Made by a program: the position numbers and the translations under genes. Shown in pieces: positions 38,742 through 47,517 of a stretch of DNA of 64,000 nucleotides. Each line of letters opens with the position of its first letter. Positions within the stretch are counted from its first letter, which is position 1. A model generated the notes under the pieces. It was not told where the DNA came from. It did not search any database and saw nothing but the letters and a program-made list of their open reading frames with translations. Source of the DNA: an uncultured Bacilli bacterium (lineage in GTDB: Bacteria > Bacillota_I > Bacilli_A > RF39 > UBA660); contig CAKORX010000003.1 in assembly GCA_934101645.1 (NCBI GenBank), positions 5,179 to 69,178 on the forward strand, in the 5' to 3' direction.

Positions 38742-39278
38742 AGAACTCAAAATAATGACCGTAAAGATGAATTCTTTGAAAAGATAGTTTCAGATACAAC
38801 TTCATTCTATTTCAAAGGAAAAAAATATGATTGGACATTTTATTTAGATGTGTTTAATAATGAAATTGTTGGATTAGATGTAAGAAAAACAATGTACGGA
38901 AATGGTATATTAAATCATAAAAAAACTGTAGAAAATATGCTAAATAACAAAATAAAAAGAGGATATAAAGACCTAGATACAATAGTTCACATAGATCAAG
39001 GCATTATTTATTCCTCAGTATCATTTAAAAATATATTTAATTCCTATAACATAACCAGATCTATGTCTAGAGCTGGTATACCAACAGATAATCCAGTTAT
39101 TGAATCCAAAAATGGATGGTTAAAGAAAGAAATGTATATTGATTTTGACGTAAATAATTATAACACAGTTAAAGAATTTATTGATGATATTATTTGGGAT
39201 AATAATAACTATAGATCCAGTTATGCTTTAAATTATAAAAACCCAATTGAATATAGAACTCAACTGGGCTTTCAATAA
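38742..39278 (+). mobile_element. IS3/IS150-family transposase OrfB remnant (DDE integrase core only), fused in-frame to the response regulator
   Basis: ...VSDTTSFYFKGKKYDWTFYLDVFNNEIVG...HIDQGIIYSS...SMSRAGIPTDNPVIESKNGWLKKEM...YRTQ aligns with the catalytic half of IS3-family OrfB. There is no OrfA, no OrfB N-terminus and no stop codon between it and the regulator. Confidence 0.7.
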
Positions 39279-39334
39279 TACTTTTTTAGTGTCTACTTTT
39301 TGTTGACAACTTCATTTTTAATAAGTAGCATTTT

Positions 39335-39904
39335 TTATATTTCATCTTTTATTAATTTATCGATATAAGAAATTATTTCATCTTTAGTATACTTACCATT
39401 AGAATTTAAATATTCAAATCCTAAATTTAGGACTCCACCAACGTAGAATTTAGCAATAATCTCTGCGGGAATTCCATCACTAATTTTTTCTTTACTAATT
39501 CTTTTTAAAATATCATCATTTATTGCACTAAGTAAAATATCCATCATTATACTATTTCGATTATGTACCATAATTGAGGAATATATATCTTTTTTATCCT
39601 CAACATGATTTAAAAATATTTTAATAAGCTCAAGATAGTATTCTTTTATATTTAATGCTTTGTTATTTTCTAGTTTTTGAGAAAACTCATCTTTTAAGTC
39701 TTTAATGAAATCTACAAGAAGTTCATATTTATCTTCATAATGTGCATAAAAGGTTGATCTATTTATTAAGGCTTTTTCACATATATCAGATACTTTAATT
39801 TCTTCAAATGTTTTCTCTTTCATAAGTTCCACTAAAGATGTATATATCATTCTTTTTGTTTTAATAACCCTCAAATCTTTTTTCTTTTCCATTTTTTTCA
39901 CCAA
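39335..39904 (-). CDS. TetR/AcrR-family transcriptional regulator
   Basis: N-terminal HTH ...RMIYTSLVELMKEKTFEEIKVSDICEKALINRSTFYAHY is the TetR signature. Divergent from the MMPL gene. Confidence 0.8.
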   Translation of the reverse strand: MVKKMEKKKDLRVIKTKRMIYTSLVELMKEKTFEEIKVSDICEKALINRSTFYAHYEDKYELLVDFIKDLKDEFSQKLENNKALNIKEYYLELIKIFLNHVEDKKDIYSSIMVHNRNSIMMDILLSAINDDILKRISKEKISDGIPAEIIAKFYVGGVLNLGFEYLNSNGKYTKDEIISYIDKLIKDEI

Positions 39905-40072
39905 CTAAAGTATATCACTTTATTAATCAAAATAAAAGATAAATAACAAAATGTTGGATAAAAATATACATAATTTGATATTTTGTTGGATAACAAGCAT
40001 TTAAAAGTTTATGTGTGTGTTATTTTCTTATCCATTGTAATAAAATACTTTGTGTGAAAGGAAAGATGACAA

Positions 40073-43000
40073 ATGAAAAAGTTTGCGGACAAAATATGTA
40101 AGCATAAAAGTCTCATTTTAATTGTAACCGGTATTTTAATGGTTCTATCATTTATCGGTATGAGTTTAACTAAAGTAAATTATGATATTTTAGTTTACTT
40201 ACCCGAAGATATTGAAACAATACAAGGCCAAAATATATTAACTGATGACTTTGAAATGGGTTCATATTCTGTGGCAATAGCAAAAAATATGTCCTCAAAA
40301 GAAATAATAAAGTTAGAGGATAAAATTAAAAATGTGAAAGGAGTAAATAAAGTAGTATCACTATATGATGCTACCGGAGTAATTCCTGTAGATATTTTAC
40401 CAACTGATATCACAAAATATTTACATGATGATAATGCCGATATATTCTTAATTACTTTTGCAGGTGGAACTTCTTCAGAAGAAACCATTAATGCCGTAAA
40501 AGAAATAAGAAATCTTACTAGTGATAGTGTAAAACTTGGCGGAATGAGTTCAATGGTACTTGATACAATGAACCTTTCAAATGAAGAAATAGTTATTTAT
40601 ATAATTATTGCAGTAATACTTTGTATTGCAGTGTTAGAATTTTCACTAGATTCATATATAGTTCCAATTTTACTTCTTGCAAATATTGGTATAGCTATAC
40701 TTATAAATATGGGAACAAATGTCTTTTTAGGAGAAATTTCCTACATAACAAAGGCATTAGTTGCAGTACTTCAACTCGGAGTAACTACTGACTTCTCAAT
40801 TTTCTTATATAACTCTTACGAAAAGAAAAAAACATTATATAAATCAAAAGAAGAAGCAATGGCAAATGCTATTATAGAAACTTTTACTTCAGTTATTGGT
40901 AGTAGTCTTACAACAATTGCAGGTTTCTTAGTTTTATGCACAATGAGTTTAACTTTAGGAAAAGACTTAGGTATTGTAATGGCAAAGGGTGTTTTAATCG
41001 GACTTATTTCAACACTTTTACTATTCCCAGCATTACTTCTTACATTTGATAAATTAATTGATAAAGCTAAACATAAAAAGATAAATTTAGTTTTTGATAA
41101 ATTAAATCATTTTATTGTAAAAAATTATAAAGTAATATTTATTATTTTTGTACTTTTAATAGTACCTGCATATTTAGCTTATTCAAAAGTAGATGTATAT
41201 TACAAAATGGATAAAACACTTCCTGATACTTTGGAAAGTATAAGTGCAAATAAAGAATTAAAAGATAAATTTAACATAGTAAGCCCAGAAATGATCATTT
41301 TAGATAGTAATGTTAAAGCTAGTGATGTAAGTAATATGATAAGTGAAATTAAAGATGTTGAAGGAATTGATTTTGCTTTATCACTTTCTGAACTTGAGAA
41401 AATGGGACTTTCTGAAAATGTTATTCCAAGTGATTTACTTAAAATATTTAAAAGTGGTAAATATCAAATGGTACTTGTAAATAGTATTTACGAAGTAGCC
41501 AGTGATGAAATAAATAATCAAATTACTTTGGTTAATGACATAGTTAAAAAATATGATAAAACCGCTATCGTAGCAGGTGAAGGACCACTTATGAAAGATT
41601 TAATTAAAATAAGTGATACTGACTTTAATAATGTAAATTATTCAAGTATATTATGTGTATTTATCATATTAATTATTTGTTTAAAAGCATTTGCTTTACC
41701 TGTTTTATTAATAATCACTATTGAAGCCGCTATATTCATAAATATGAGTATTGCATACTTTGGTGGAGTAGTTTTACCATTTGTAGCTCCAATAGTACTA
41801 GGAACAATTCAGTTAGGAGCAACAATTGACTATGCTATACTTTTAACAACTACATATAAAGAAAAAAGAAAAACTATGGATAAGAAAAAAGCAATGGAAG
41901 AAGCACTTAATTACTGCGGAGCTTCAATACTTATAAGTGGTTTATGTTTCTTTGCTGCAACATTTGGTGTAGGAGTATATTCTAAACTTGAAATGATTTC
42001 ATCATTATGTACTCTTATTTCAAGGGGAGCCATTATAAGTATGGTGGTAGTAATTTTAGCACTTCCTACAGTACTTCTTACATTTGATAAATTAATATTT
42101 AGAAAGAAAGGAAATGATAATATGAAAAATGTTAAGAATAAAAAAATTATAGAGGCATCATTTTTAGCACTTCTAACTTTAATGCCATTAAATACATTTG
42201 CTCTTTCAAAAGATGAAACAGTTTATGCTCATTTAAATGAAAATGGTGAAAGTAAAAGTGTTATAGTTTCTGAAATTTTAAAAAATACAGAAAATAAAAA
42301 TGAACTTATTGATTATTCAACTCTCGAAGATATCGTAAATAAAAATGGAAACGAAACTTATACACTTGATAAAAATAAATTAACTTGGATGAGTAACGGA
42401 AATGATATATATTATGAAGGTAAATATCAAAAGTCTTTACCAATTTCAATGGATATAACTTACAAATTAGATGGCAAAAAAGTAAATGCTAAAGATGTTT
42501 TAGGCCAAAGTGGTAAAGTAGAAATTATCATTAATTACAAAAATAATTCTAAAAAAAGTGTTAATATAAATGGAAAAAATGCAAATATTTATACACCATT
42601 TATGATTATGTATGGAGCAATGCTTGATAGTAATTATAATAAAAATGTAACTATTAATAATGGTAAAGTTATTGCAAATGGTAATAAAAATATGGTAGTA
42701 GGTTTAGCTATTCCAGGTCTTAAAGAAAGTCTTAATATAAATGAACTTTCCCTTGATAGCTTAGTTATTACATATGAAACTACAAACTTCGAAGTACCTA
42801 CAATGTATAATGTTATTTCAAATAAACTAATAAGTGATGGAAATTTTAATATTTCTAAAATAAATACGCTTTATGAGAAAGTTGAAAGTCTTCAAGATGG
42901 AATTGATAAAATTAATGAAGGTTCAAAAAGTCTTAGTGATGGTTTATCACTTTTAAAAAATACTCTTATAACATCTTTATCTTCTTTAGATGATAATAGT

Positions 43001-43801
43001 AGTGCATTAACTGATAATGAAGTTTCTTATATTAAAGAAAGTGCAATTAATAGTACTCTTAATACTATGAAAACAAATTTAATAGTTGATGCAAATGGTA
43101 ATGTAATTGGCTCAAAAGATGAAAATGTAAATAATATAGTTTCATCATCAGTAAAAAAAGCAGCATTAAATTATTTACAAAGTGTTAATGAAGAAGAAAA
43201 TTTAAACACATATTTAACAGTTATGACTAAAATGCAAAATAATATAGAACTTAGTGATGAAGAAAAACTTTTTGCTTATACACATAAAGATACTTTAACA
43301 ATACTTGGAATTGTTGTTAATGCAAGTACTATTTCTGCAAAAGAGGTAAGCACCAATATATCAACTTATGTTGCTAAAAGTGTAGCGGGAAGTGTATCAG
43401 AAAGTGTTGCTAAAAATGTTGCAGATGAAGTTAAAAAAGAGGCAATAAAAAGCACTAAAGAATCATTAAATGAACTATTGGGTGCTATAACTAAACTTGA
43501 TAATGGAGCAACTACTTTAAATGATGGCATAACTAAATACAATAAAGAGGGTATAAGTGCTATTTCAAACATTGTAAATAGTAATGTTAAAGAATATGAA
43601 GCTAGATTAAATGAGATTAATAAATTAGCAAAAGAATATAAAACTATCGAAGAAAAGTCTATTAGTAATGAAGACGAGACAAAATTTATTTTAGTTGTTG
43701 ATGGTCAAAAGAAGGAAGAAACTGTAAAAAATAGTGAAACTAAAGAAGTTAAAACATCTTTATGGATTAAAATAAAAAACTTATTCAAAAAGGAAAACTA
43801 G
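40073..43801 (+). CDS. MMPL/RND-superfamily transporter with ~520-aa C-terminal N/K/S-rich coiled-coil extension
   Basis: Two 6-TM MMPL-like modules (aa ~180-330 and ~520-690), an additional hydrophobic segment, then about 520 aa of low-complexity coiled coil reminiscent of YhgE/Pip-type domains. Confidence 0.75.
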   Translation: MKKFADKICKHKSLILIVTGILMVLSFIGMSLTKVNYDILVYLPEDIETIQGQNILTDDFEMGSYSVAIAKNMSSKEIIKLEDKIKNVKGVNKVVSLYDATGVIPVDILPTDITKYLHDDNADIFLITFAGGTSSEETINAVKEIRNLTSDSVKLGGMSSMVLDTMNLSNEEIVIYIIIAVILCIAVLEFSLDSYIVPILLLANIGIAILINMGTNVFLGEISYITKALVAVLQLGVTTDFSIFLYNSYEKKKTLYKSKEEAMANAIIETFTSVIGSSLTTIAGFLVLCTMSLTLGKDLGIVMAKGVLIGLISTLLLFPALLLTFDKLIDKAKHKKINLVFDKLNHFIVKNYKVIFIIFVLLIVPAYLAYSKVDVYYKMDKTLPDTLESISANKELKDKFNIVSPEMIILDSNVKASDVSNMISEIKDVEGIDFALSLSELEKMGLSENVIPSDLLKIFKSGKYQMVLVNSIYEVASDEINNQITLVNDIVKKYDKTAIVAGEGPLMKDLIKISDTDFNNVNYSSILCVFIILIICLKAFALPVLLIITIEAAIFINMSIAYFGGVVLPFVAPIVLGTIQLGATIDYAILLTTTYKEKRKTMDKKKAMEEALNYCGASILISGLCFFAATFGVGVYSKLEMISSLCTLISRGAIISMVVVILALPTVLLTFDKLIFRKKGNDNMKNVKNKKIIEASFLALLTLMPLNTFALSKDETVYAHLNENGESKSVIVSEILKNTENKNELIDYSTLEDIVNKNGNETYTLDKNKLTWMSNGNDIYYEGKYQKSLPISMDITYKLDGKKVNAKDVLGQSGKVEIIINYKNNSKKSVNINGKNANIYTPFMIMYGAMLDSNYNKNVTINNGKVIANGNKNMVVGLAIPGLKESLNINELSLDSLVITYETTNFEVPTMYNVISNKLISDGNFNISKINTLYEKVESLQDGIDKINEGSKSLSDGLSLLKNTLITSLSSLDDNSSALTDNEVSYIKESAINSTLNTMKTNLIVDANGNVIGSKDENVNNIVSSSVKKAALNYLQSVNEEENLNTYLTVMTKMQNNIELSDEEKLFAYTHKDTLTILGIVVNASTISAKEVSTNISTYVAKSVAGSVSESVAKNVADEVKKEAIKSTKESLNELLGAITKLDNGATTLNDGITKYNKEGISAISNIVNSNVKEYEARLNEINKLAKEYKTIEEKSISNEDETKFILVVDGQKKEETVKNSETKEVKTSLWIKIKNLFKKEN

Positions 43802-43819
43802 CTTCTAAATTTACAAAAT

Positions 43820-43849
43820 TTGACATTTTTCTAAAAAAATGCTATAATC
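43820..43849 (+). promoter_or_regulatory. promoter module B (TTGACA-18-TATAAT with GCTATaatcATAGC inverted repeat)
   Basis: TTGACA 43820-43825, TATAAT 43844-43849. Near-identical to module A at 5638-5668, including the downstream GGGGGAAATA RBS region. Confidence 0.5.
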
Positions 43850-43873
43850 ATAGCAGTTAAGGGGGGAAATAAA

Positions 43874-44356
43874 ATGAAAAATGAAGAAAGAAATTTAGAG
43901 AAGGGAAAATTAAATGTCACTAGATATTTAGGATTAGGACTAACTGCTTTTTCAATTGCTAGTGGTATAGTGTTACATTCACAAACTAACCATTTACTTG
44001 AAAGATGTCCTTTTGAAATACTATATGGTGACAAAGCAATTGAACATAGTATTGAGGAAGCAAAAAAACATAGAGAGACAAATACAATTAAAGTAGCACC
44101 TGTTGGTTATACACTTGATCCTAAGACTGGAAATTGTGTAACAGAATCAAGAAGTAATTTGGAAGTTACAATTAATCCGGAAACTGGAAAACTTGAAAAG
44201 AAATTAGCTACTAAAGAAGAATCTGTTGAACCTATGGCTTATACATATGATACATATTATGGATGGCCATCAGAGTTTTATGGTATAAGTAGTAGCGTTA
44301 CAAGTACTTCAGCGGAAGAAGAACTTGAAACTGCTGTAAGAAATTTGTATAGATAA
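43874..44356 (+). CDS. hypothetical membrane-anchored protein
   Basis: 160 aa with one N-terminal TM (LGLGLTAFSIASGIVL). No family recognised. Confidence 0.45.
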   Translation: MKNEERNLEKGKLNVTRYLGLGLTAFSIASGIVLHSQTNHLLERCPFEILYGDKAIEHSIEEAKKHRETNTIKVAPVGYTLDPKTGNCVTESRSNLEVTINPETGKLEKKLATKEESVEPMAYTYDTYYGWPSEFYGISSSVTSTSAEEELETAVRNLYR

Positions 44357-44357
44357 A

Positions 44358-44381
44358 AAGTGATTAAATTCACTTTTTTTA
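44358..44381 (+). terminator. rho-independent terminator
   Basis: AAGTGA-ttaaat-TCACTT hairpin followed by T8. Confidence 0.55.
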
Positions 44382-44428
44382 ATTGAATTATAAAAAAATA
44401 TAATCTATAATAAGCAAAAGAGGTAAGA

Positions 44429-44683
44429 ATGAAAGATATTGTAGAAATTAATGGTAAAAAATATTTTGTAATGTTTACATATGAAGATAGTCAAGAATAT
44501 AAATATATCTTCTATACAGATAATACCTATGATGAAAATAATAGACTTAATGTAATTTTTGGAACATATGAAATTCATGATGATAAATATTTAGTAAATG
44601 ATATAACAGATGAATTAAAAAAGCAAAAAGCTGCAAAAATATTTAATGAAGTTATAAAAGGTATGACTAATATTAATAAATAG
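44429..44683 (+). CDS. hypothetical small protein
   Basis: 84-aa ORF with a GAGG RBS. Confidence 0.4.
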   Translation: MKDIVEINGKKYFVMFTYEDSQEYKYIFYTDNTYDENNRLNVIFGTYEIHDDKYLVNDITDELKKQKAAKIFNEVIKGMTNINK

Positions 44684-44689
44684 GATTTT

Positions 44690-45922
44690 ATGAAAAAATA
44701 CTTAAACTTAATTATTTTTATAATATCAATAGTTATATATTTTCTTGTTATGTTTATTTTTAATATAAATTTAGGAACTGGTAAAAAAGAACTTGAAAAT
44801 ATTTTAGTTTTAGTATTTCCAGTTTTAGCAATGTTATTTTATTTAATTTATTATGAAAAAGATAAAAAGATTATTTTATATTATTTAACAATGTATTTTG
44901 TAATGCTAATAGGTTTTGTATTTTTTTCAAGTAGAGCAAACTATCTTACAACAAATAAAATTTTGTTACGAAACTATAATATTATTCCTTTTATTGGAAT
45001 AGTAAAATTATTTGAAACTTCAAAACGTTTTGCGATTTATAATATTTTAGGTAATTTTTTAATGCTTTCACCTTTAGCAATATTACTTCCAATAATTTGT
45101 AAAAAATTTAAAAATATTAAATATTTTAGTTCATTTATATTAATTTTAACTTTAACAATTGAAAGTGTTCAATATTTTACTAATATTGGTTCATTTGATA
45201 TTGATGATATTATTTTAAATATAAGTGGAGCAATAATTACTTTTTTAATAGTTTATAATACAAGACTAAAAAAAATTATATATGATTTATTTTTGGAAAA
45301 GAAAAGTGAAAATATAATGTTTAAATTTCTTTATTATGTTTTCATATCTTTATCATTTATAGTCTTTCTTTATTATGCATTCTTAATATTAAATAATATT
45401 TATGAAAATAAAGTTAATTATAGTAATTTAAAATGTGTAGAAGAAAATAAAACTTATCTTACTAGCATTAATAATTATAGATATTATTCATTATGTAAAT
45501 ATAGTGGCAATGTCAAAAAGGGCAAAAATAACTATTCATTAAAAGATAGTATATTAAATAATTTTTTTAATGAAAAAGATTTAAAGAAACTAAATATTGT
45601 AAAAGAGAAAATAGTAACGGATGTAAGGTTAATTAGTGATACTAAGATAAATGAAATTTATTTAAATGAAAATACGTATTATTTAGTTAATATGAAGGAT
45701 ATAATTTATACAATTGATGGTACACAAATAAGCTTAAATCAAGCAGCAAAAGATTATGATTTTAATCCTATATTATCACTTGTTAAAATTAGTTATTTTG
45801 CAAAAAATAAAATAATGAGTGTATATGAAGGAGAATATTTTAATGTAATAAATTGCTCTGATAATAAATATTTTGTTTTAGATAAAAACTTTAAATATGA
45901 TTATAATTTTTGTAGTAAATAA
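44690..45922 (+). CDS. VanZ-family membrane protein with C-terminal extracellular domain
   Basis: VanZ motifs (NIIPFIGIV...NILGNFLMLSPLAILLP...DIDDIILNISGAIITFLIV), then a TM and about 190 aa of extracytoplasmic domain with 6 Cys. Confidence 0.6.
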   Translation: MKKYLNLIIFIISIVIYFLVMFIFNINLGTGKKELENILVLVFPVLAMLFYLIYYEKDKKIILYYLTMYFVMLIGFVFFSSRANYLTTNKILLRNYNIIPFIGIVKLFETSKRFAIYNILGNFLMLSPLAILLPIICKKFKNIKYFSSFILILTLTIESVQYFTNIGSFDIDDIILNISGAIITFLIVYNTRLKKIIYDLFLEKKSENIMFKFLYYVFISLSFIVFLYYAFLILNNIYENKVNYSNLKCVEENKTYLTSINNYRYYSLCKYSGNVKKGKNNYSLKDSILNNFFNEKDLKKLNIVKEKIVTDVRLISDTKINEIYLNENTYYLVNMKDIIYTIDGTQISLNQAAKDYDFNPILSLVKISYFAKNKIMSVYEGEYFNVINCSDNKYFVLDKNFKYDYNFCSK

Positions 45923-46058
45923 TATTGTTTTATTTACTTTTTTTGTCGATTTTTATTTGCTTTAACTAATAAGCAGTTAAAACTTTTGATATCTTTTGTC
46001 GAAGTTGTTTAAATTATAAAAAAATTGAACTATATTATTTGTAGCAAAGGAAAATAAT

Positions 46059-46391
46059 ATGTTAAAAATGAATTTAGAATTCAATAAAGGTATTTTATTT
46101 GTTAGATTAGATGGAATGCTTAATAGAGCTACAACATATAAAGTTAATAATTATCTAGTGCCAGTTATATTAAAACATAAAATTAAATATTTAGTTTATA
46201 ATTTATATGCTTTAGAAGATATTGATGAAACTGGAATTGATGCTTTATTAAATACAAAATTTGCTATAAAAAGTAATAAAGGAGTAATATATTTTTGTGA
46301 AGTAAGTGATTATTTAAATAAAAAATTACATAAATTACACATAAAAAAGATTGATAATGAATTAGTGGCATCAAAATTAATTGAGGTTTAG
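46059..46391 (+). CDS. spoIIAA: anti-sigma-F factor antagonist (STAS domain), SpoIIAA-like
   Basis: 110 aa. ...ILFVRLDGML...IKYLVYNLYALEDIDETGIDALLN... aligns with the SpoIIAA phosphorylation segment (DLSFMDSSGLG), but with Thr at the phospho-Ser position. Confidence 0.7.
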   Translation: MLKMNLEFNKGILFVRLDGMLNRATTYKVNNYLVPVILKHKIKYLVYNLYALEDIDETGIDALLNTKFAIKSNKGVIYFCEVSDYLNKKLHKLHIKKIDNELVASKLIEV

Positions 46392-46394
46392 AAA

Positions 46395-47033
46395 ATGACT
46401 AAAGAACAAATCATTAACGAAAATGCTGGCTTAATTTATGAAATAGCAAAGAAGTTTTATGGTTATCCGAAAGAAGATTTATTTCAAGCAGGTGTTCTAG
46501 GTTTATTAAAAGCCTTTAAAAATTATGATCCTAGTTACGGAGCAAAGTTTTCAAGTTTTGCATATACTTCAATTTATGGAGAAATGTATTTACTAGTTAA
46601 TAATCGAAGTATGAAAATAAATAGAGAAGCTTTAAATTTATATAAGTTAATCGAACAAACTAGATTTTCTTTGGCTCAAAAGCTTGGCCATGTTCCAAAT
46701 TATAATGAAGTTGCAAATTTCTTGGAAATGGACCCCGTTAAAATTTATGATGCTGTAATAGCAGGTCAAGCTGTGATGAGTTTAGATAGTGCTGAAAATG
46801 CACCATTATATGATATTATTAAAAAAGAGGAAAGAACTTCTTTAGATGATAAATTGTTCTTAGATGAAGGTTTAAGTGTACTTTCCGAAGATGAAAAAAA
46901 TATTATTAAATCGAGATATTTTGATGATTTAACTCAAAGTGAAGTTGCAAGAAAACTTAGAATGACTCAAGTAATGGTTTCAAGATATGAGAAAAAAGGT
47001 ATTCAAAAAATGAGAGAGTATATGACTTTATAA
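46395..47033 (+). CDS. sigF: sporulation sigma factor, SigF-like (sigma-70 regions 2-4)
   Basis: ...DLFQAGVLGLLKAFKNYDP..G.KFSSFAYTSIYGEM... (region 2) and ...TQSEVARKLRMTQVMVSRYEKKGIQKM (region 4.2). It lies between spoIIAA and spoVAC as in Bacillus. At 212 aa it is about 40 aa shorter at the N-terminus than B. subtilis SigF. Confidence 0.7.
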   Translation: MTKEQIINENAGLIYEIAKKFYGYPKEDLFQAGVLGLLKAFKNYDPSYGAKFSSFAYTSIYGEMYLLVNNRSMKINREALNLYKLIEQTRFSLAQKLGHVPNYNEVANFLEMDPVKIYDAVIAGQAVMSLDSAENAPLYDIIKKEERTSLDDKLFLDEGLSVLSEDEKNIIKSRYFDDLTQSEVARKLRMTQVMVSRYEKKGIQKMREYMTL

Positions 47034-47079
47034 GTATAAAAATCACCATATTTAAAATAATAATAATGGTGATTTTATT

Positions 47080-47517
47080 TTGGACAAAGAAGAATATAAA
47101 AAACTTGTAAAGGAAAAATATCCTAAAGAAAAAAGAGCAAAAAATGCACTTATAGCTTTTTTAGTTGGAGGATTAATAGGCTTAGGTGGTCAAATTTTAA
47201 CAAGATTACTTGTTTTAACTTTTGGTATTTCAAAAATGATGAGTTATAGTGTTGTTTGTTTAGTAATAATTTTTCTTGCAGCTTTATTTACGGGACTTGG
47301 ATTTTTTGATGACTGGGTAATTAAAACTAAATGTGGTTTAATTATTCCTACGACAGGATTTGCTCATAGTATAACAAGTTGTGCCTTAGAATATAAAAAA
47401 GATGGAATGATTACGGGACTTGGTGCAAATTTTTTTAAACTAGCGGGTTCTGTAATATTATATGGTATAATTTCTGCATTTTTCTTATGTATAATAAAGG
47501 TGGTATTTTATGGGTAA
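47080..47517 (+). CDS. spoVAC: stage V sporulation protein AC
   Basis: ...KNALIAFLVGGLIGLGGQIL... is a typical SpoVAC membrane protein. TTG start. Confidence 0.8.
   Translation: MDKEEYKKLVKEKYPKEKRAKNALIAFLVGGLIGLGGQILTRLLVLTFGISKMMSYSVVCLVIIFLAALFTGLGFFDDWVIKTKCGLIIPTTGFAHSITSCALEYKKDGMITGLGANFFKLAGSVILYGIISAFFLCIIKVVFYG

Noticed and set aside
38019-39278. Intact functional IS3 element
   Set aside because: Only the C-terminal catalytic half of OrfB is present. There is no OrfA, no frameshift window and no terminal inverted repeats, so it is a remnant.
40195-40488. Antisense ORFs within the MMPL gene (also 43366-43572 and 43831-44034)
   Set aside because: Shadow frames. No RBS and no conservation signal.
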